Positions 63,683 through 64,000 of a DNA stretch of 64,000 bases are shown here, piece after piece (the first letter of the stretch is position 1; every line of letters starts with the position of its first letter). Both the position numbers and the translations under genes were made by a program. The notes under the pieces were generated by a model. That model was not told where the DNA came from. It ran no database searches and saw nothing but the letters and a program-made list of their open reading frames with translations. The stretch is taken from positions 256,001-320,000 of the forward strand of contig CBDCLE010000003.1 of assembly GCA_965218585.1 (NCBI GenBank), written 5' to 3'. The DNA is from Terriglobia bacterium (GTDB lineage Bacteria > Acidobacteriota > Terriglobia > 20CM-2-55-15).

Positions 63683-64000
63683 ATGCCCAGAAAAGCGCAC
63701 ATCGTTCGTCGCGAGATCCTGCCGGATCCGGTCTATTCGAGCACTCTGGTAACGAAGTTTGTCAACCAGATGATGTGGGGAGGAAAGAAGAGCGTTGCGC
63801 AGCAGATTTTCTACAGCGCACTGAAGATCGTCGAAAACAAAGTCGGCGATGATCCGCTGAAAGTGTTCAAGAAGGCTGTCGAGAATGTGAAGCCCGTTCT
63901 GGAAGTGAAGTCGCGCCGCGTGGGGGGGTCAACCTACCAGGTCCCGCTCGAGGTGACGACCCTTCGAAGGACTTCGCTTAGTATTCGTTGGCTCATCGGC
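63683..64000 (+). CDS. rpsG: 30S ribosomal protein S7 (partial, runs off the window)
   Basis: Hand translation gives MPRKAHIVRREILPDPVYSSTLVTKFVNQMMWGGKKSVAQ...SRRVGGSTYQVP. Confidence 0.97.
   Translation, partial: MPRKAHIVRREILPDPVYSSTLVTKFVNQMMWGGKKSVAQQIFYSALKIVENKVGDDPLKVFKKAVENVKPVLEVKSRRVGGSTYQVPLEVTTLRRTSLSIRWLIG

Overview
This is a 64-kb core-genome segment of a diderm bacterium, most likely Acidobacteriota. That call is inferred from the gene content, the HEAT/TPR/DUF1570-type exported proteins and a Cys-rich insertion in RpoB. The left half (1-31 kb) holds mixed housekeeping and envelope genes: hemG-lpxD-fbp, an orphan PilB/GspE ATPase with an N-terminal cyclic-nucleotide-binding domain, two MacB-type permeases, tex, a rhomboid, a DHH phosphoesterase, an acyl-CoA dehydrogenase, a CDF transporter, gltX-accD-folC, an internally deleted plsC, hslVU, a transaldolase and two exported TPR proteins with degenerate zinc-peptidase motifs, one fused to a TonB C-terminal domain. 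A small surface-glycan locus (wzm, a coiled-coil methyltransferase interrupted by an 814-bp IS5-family element, a GT2-GT4 glycosyltransferase) sits at 31-36 kb. The right half is a translation/transcription supercluster: ispE, tRNA-Gln, prs, rplY, pth, rpsF, rpsR, rplI, dnaB, radA, PIN/TRAM, ispDF, a second gltX, rlmB, four tRNAs, tuf, rpmG, tRNA-Trp, secE, nusG, rplKAJL, rpoBC, rpsL and the start of rpsG. Four observations stand out: (1) a pilus/secretion motor with a CRP-like cNMP domain where the c-di-GMP-binding MshEN motif normally lies; (2) a fold-back cassette of inverted tandem-repeat arrays enclosing an out-of-order tRNA-Thr(GGT); (3) the pseudo-peptidase/TPR/TonB-C gene pair; (4) an IS end that supplies an in-frame, translationally coupled start codon to the gene it interrupts. 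At least three families of REP-like palindromes are present. No CRISPR array, prophage or rRNA was seen. All assignments come from reading motifs by eye; no database searches were run.
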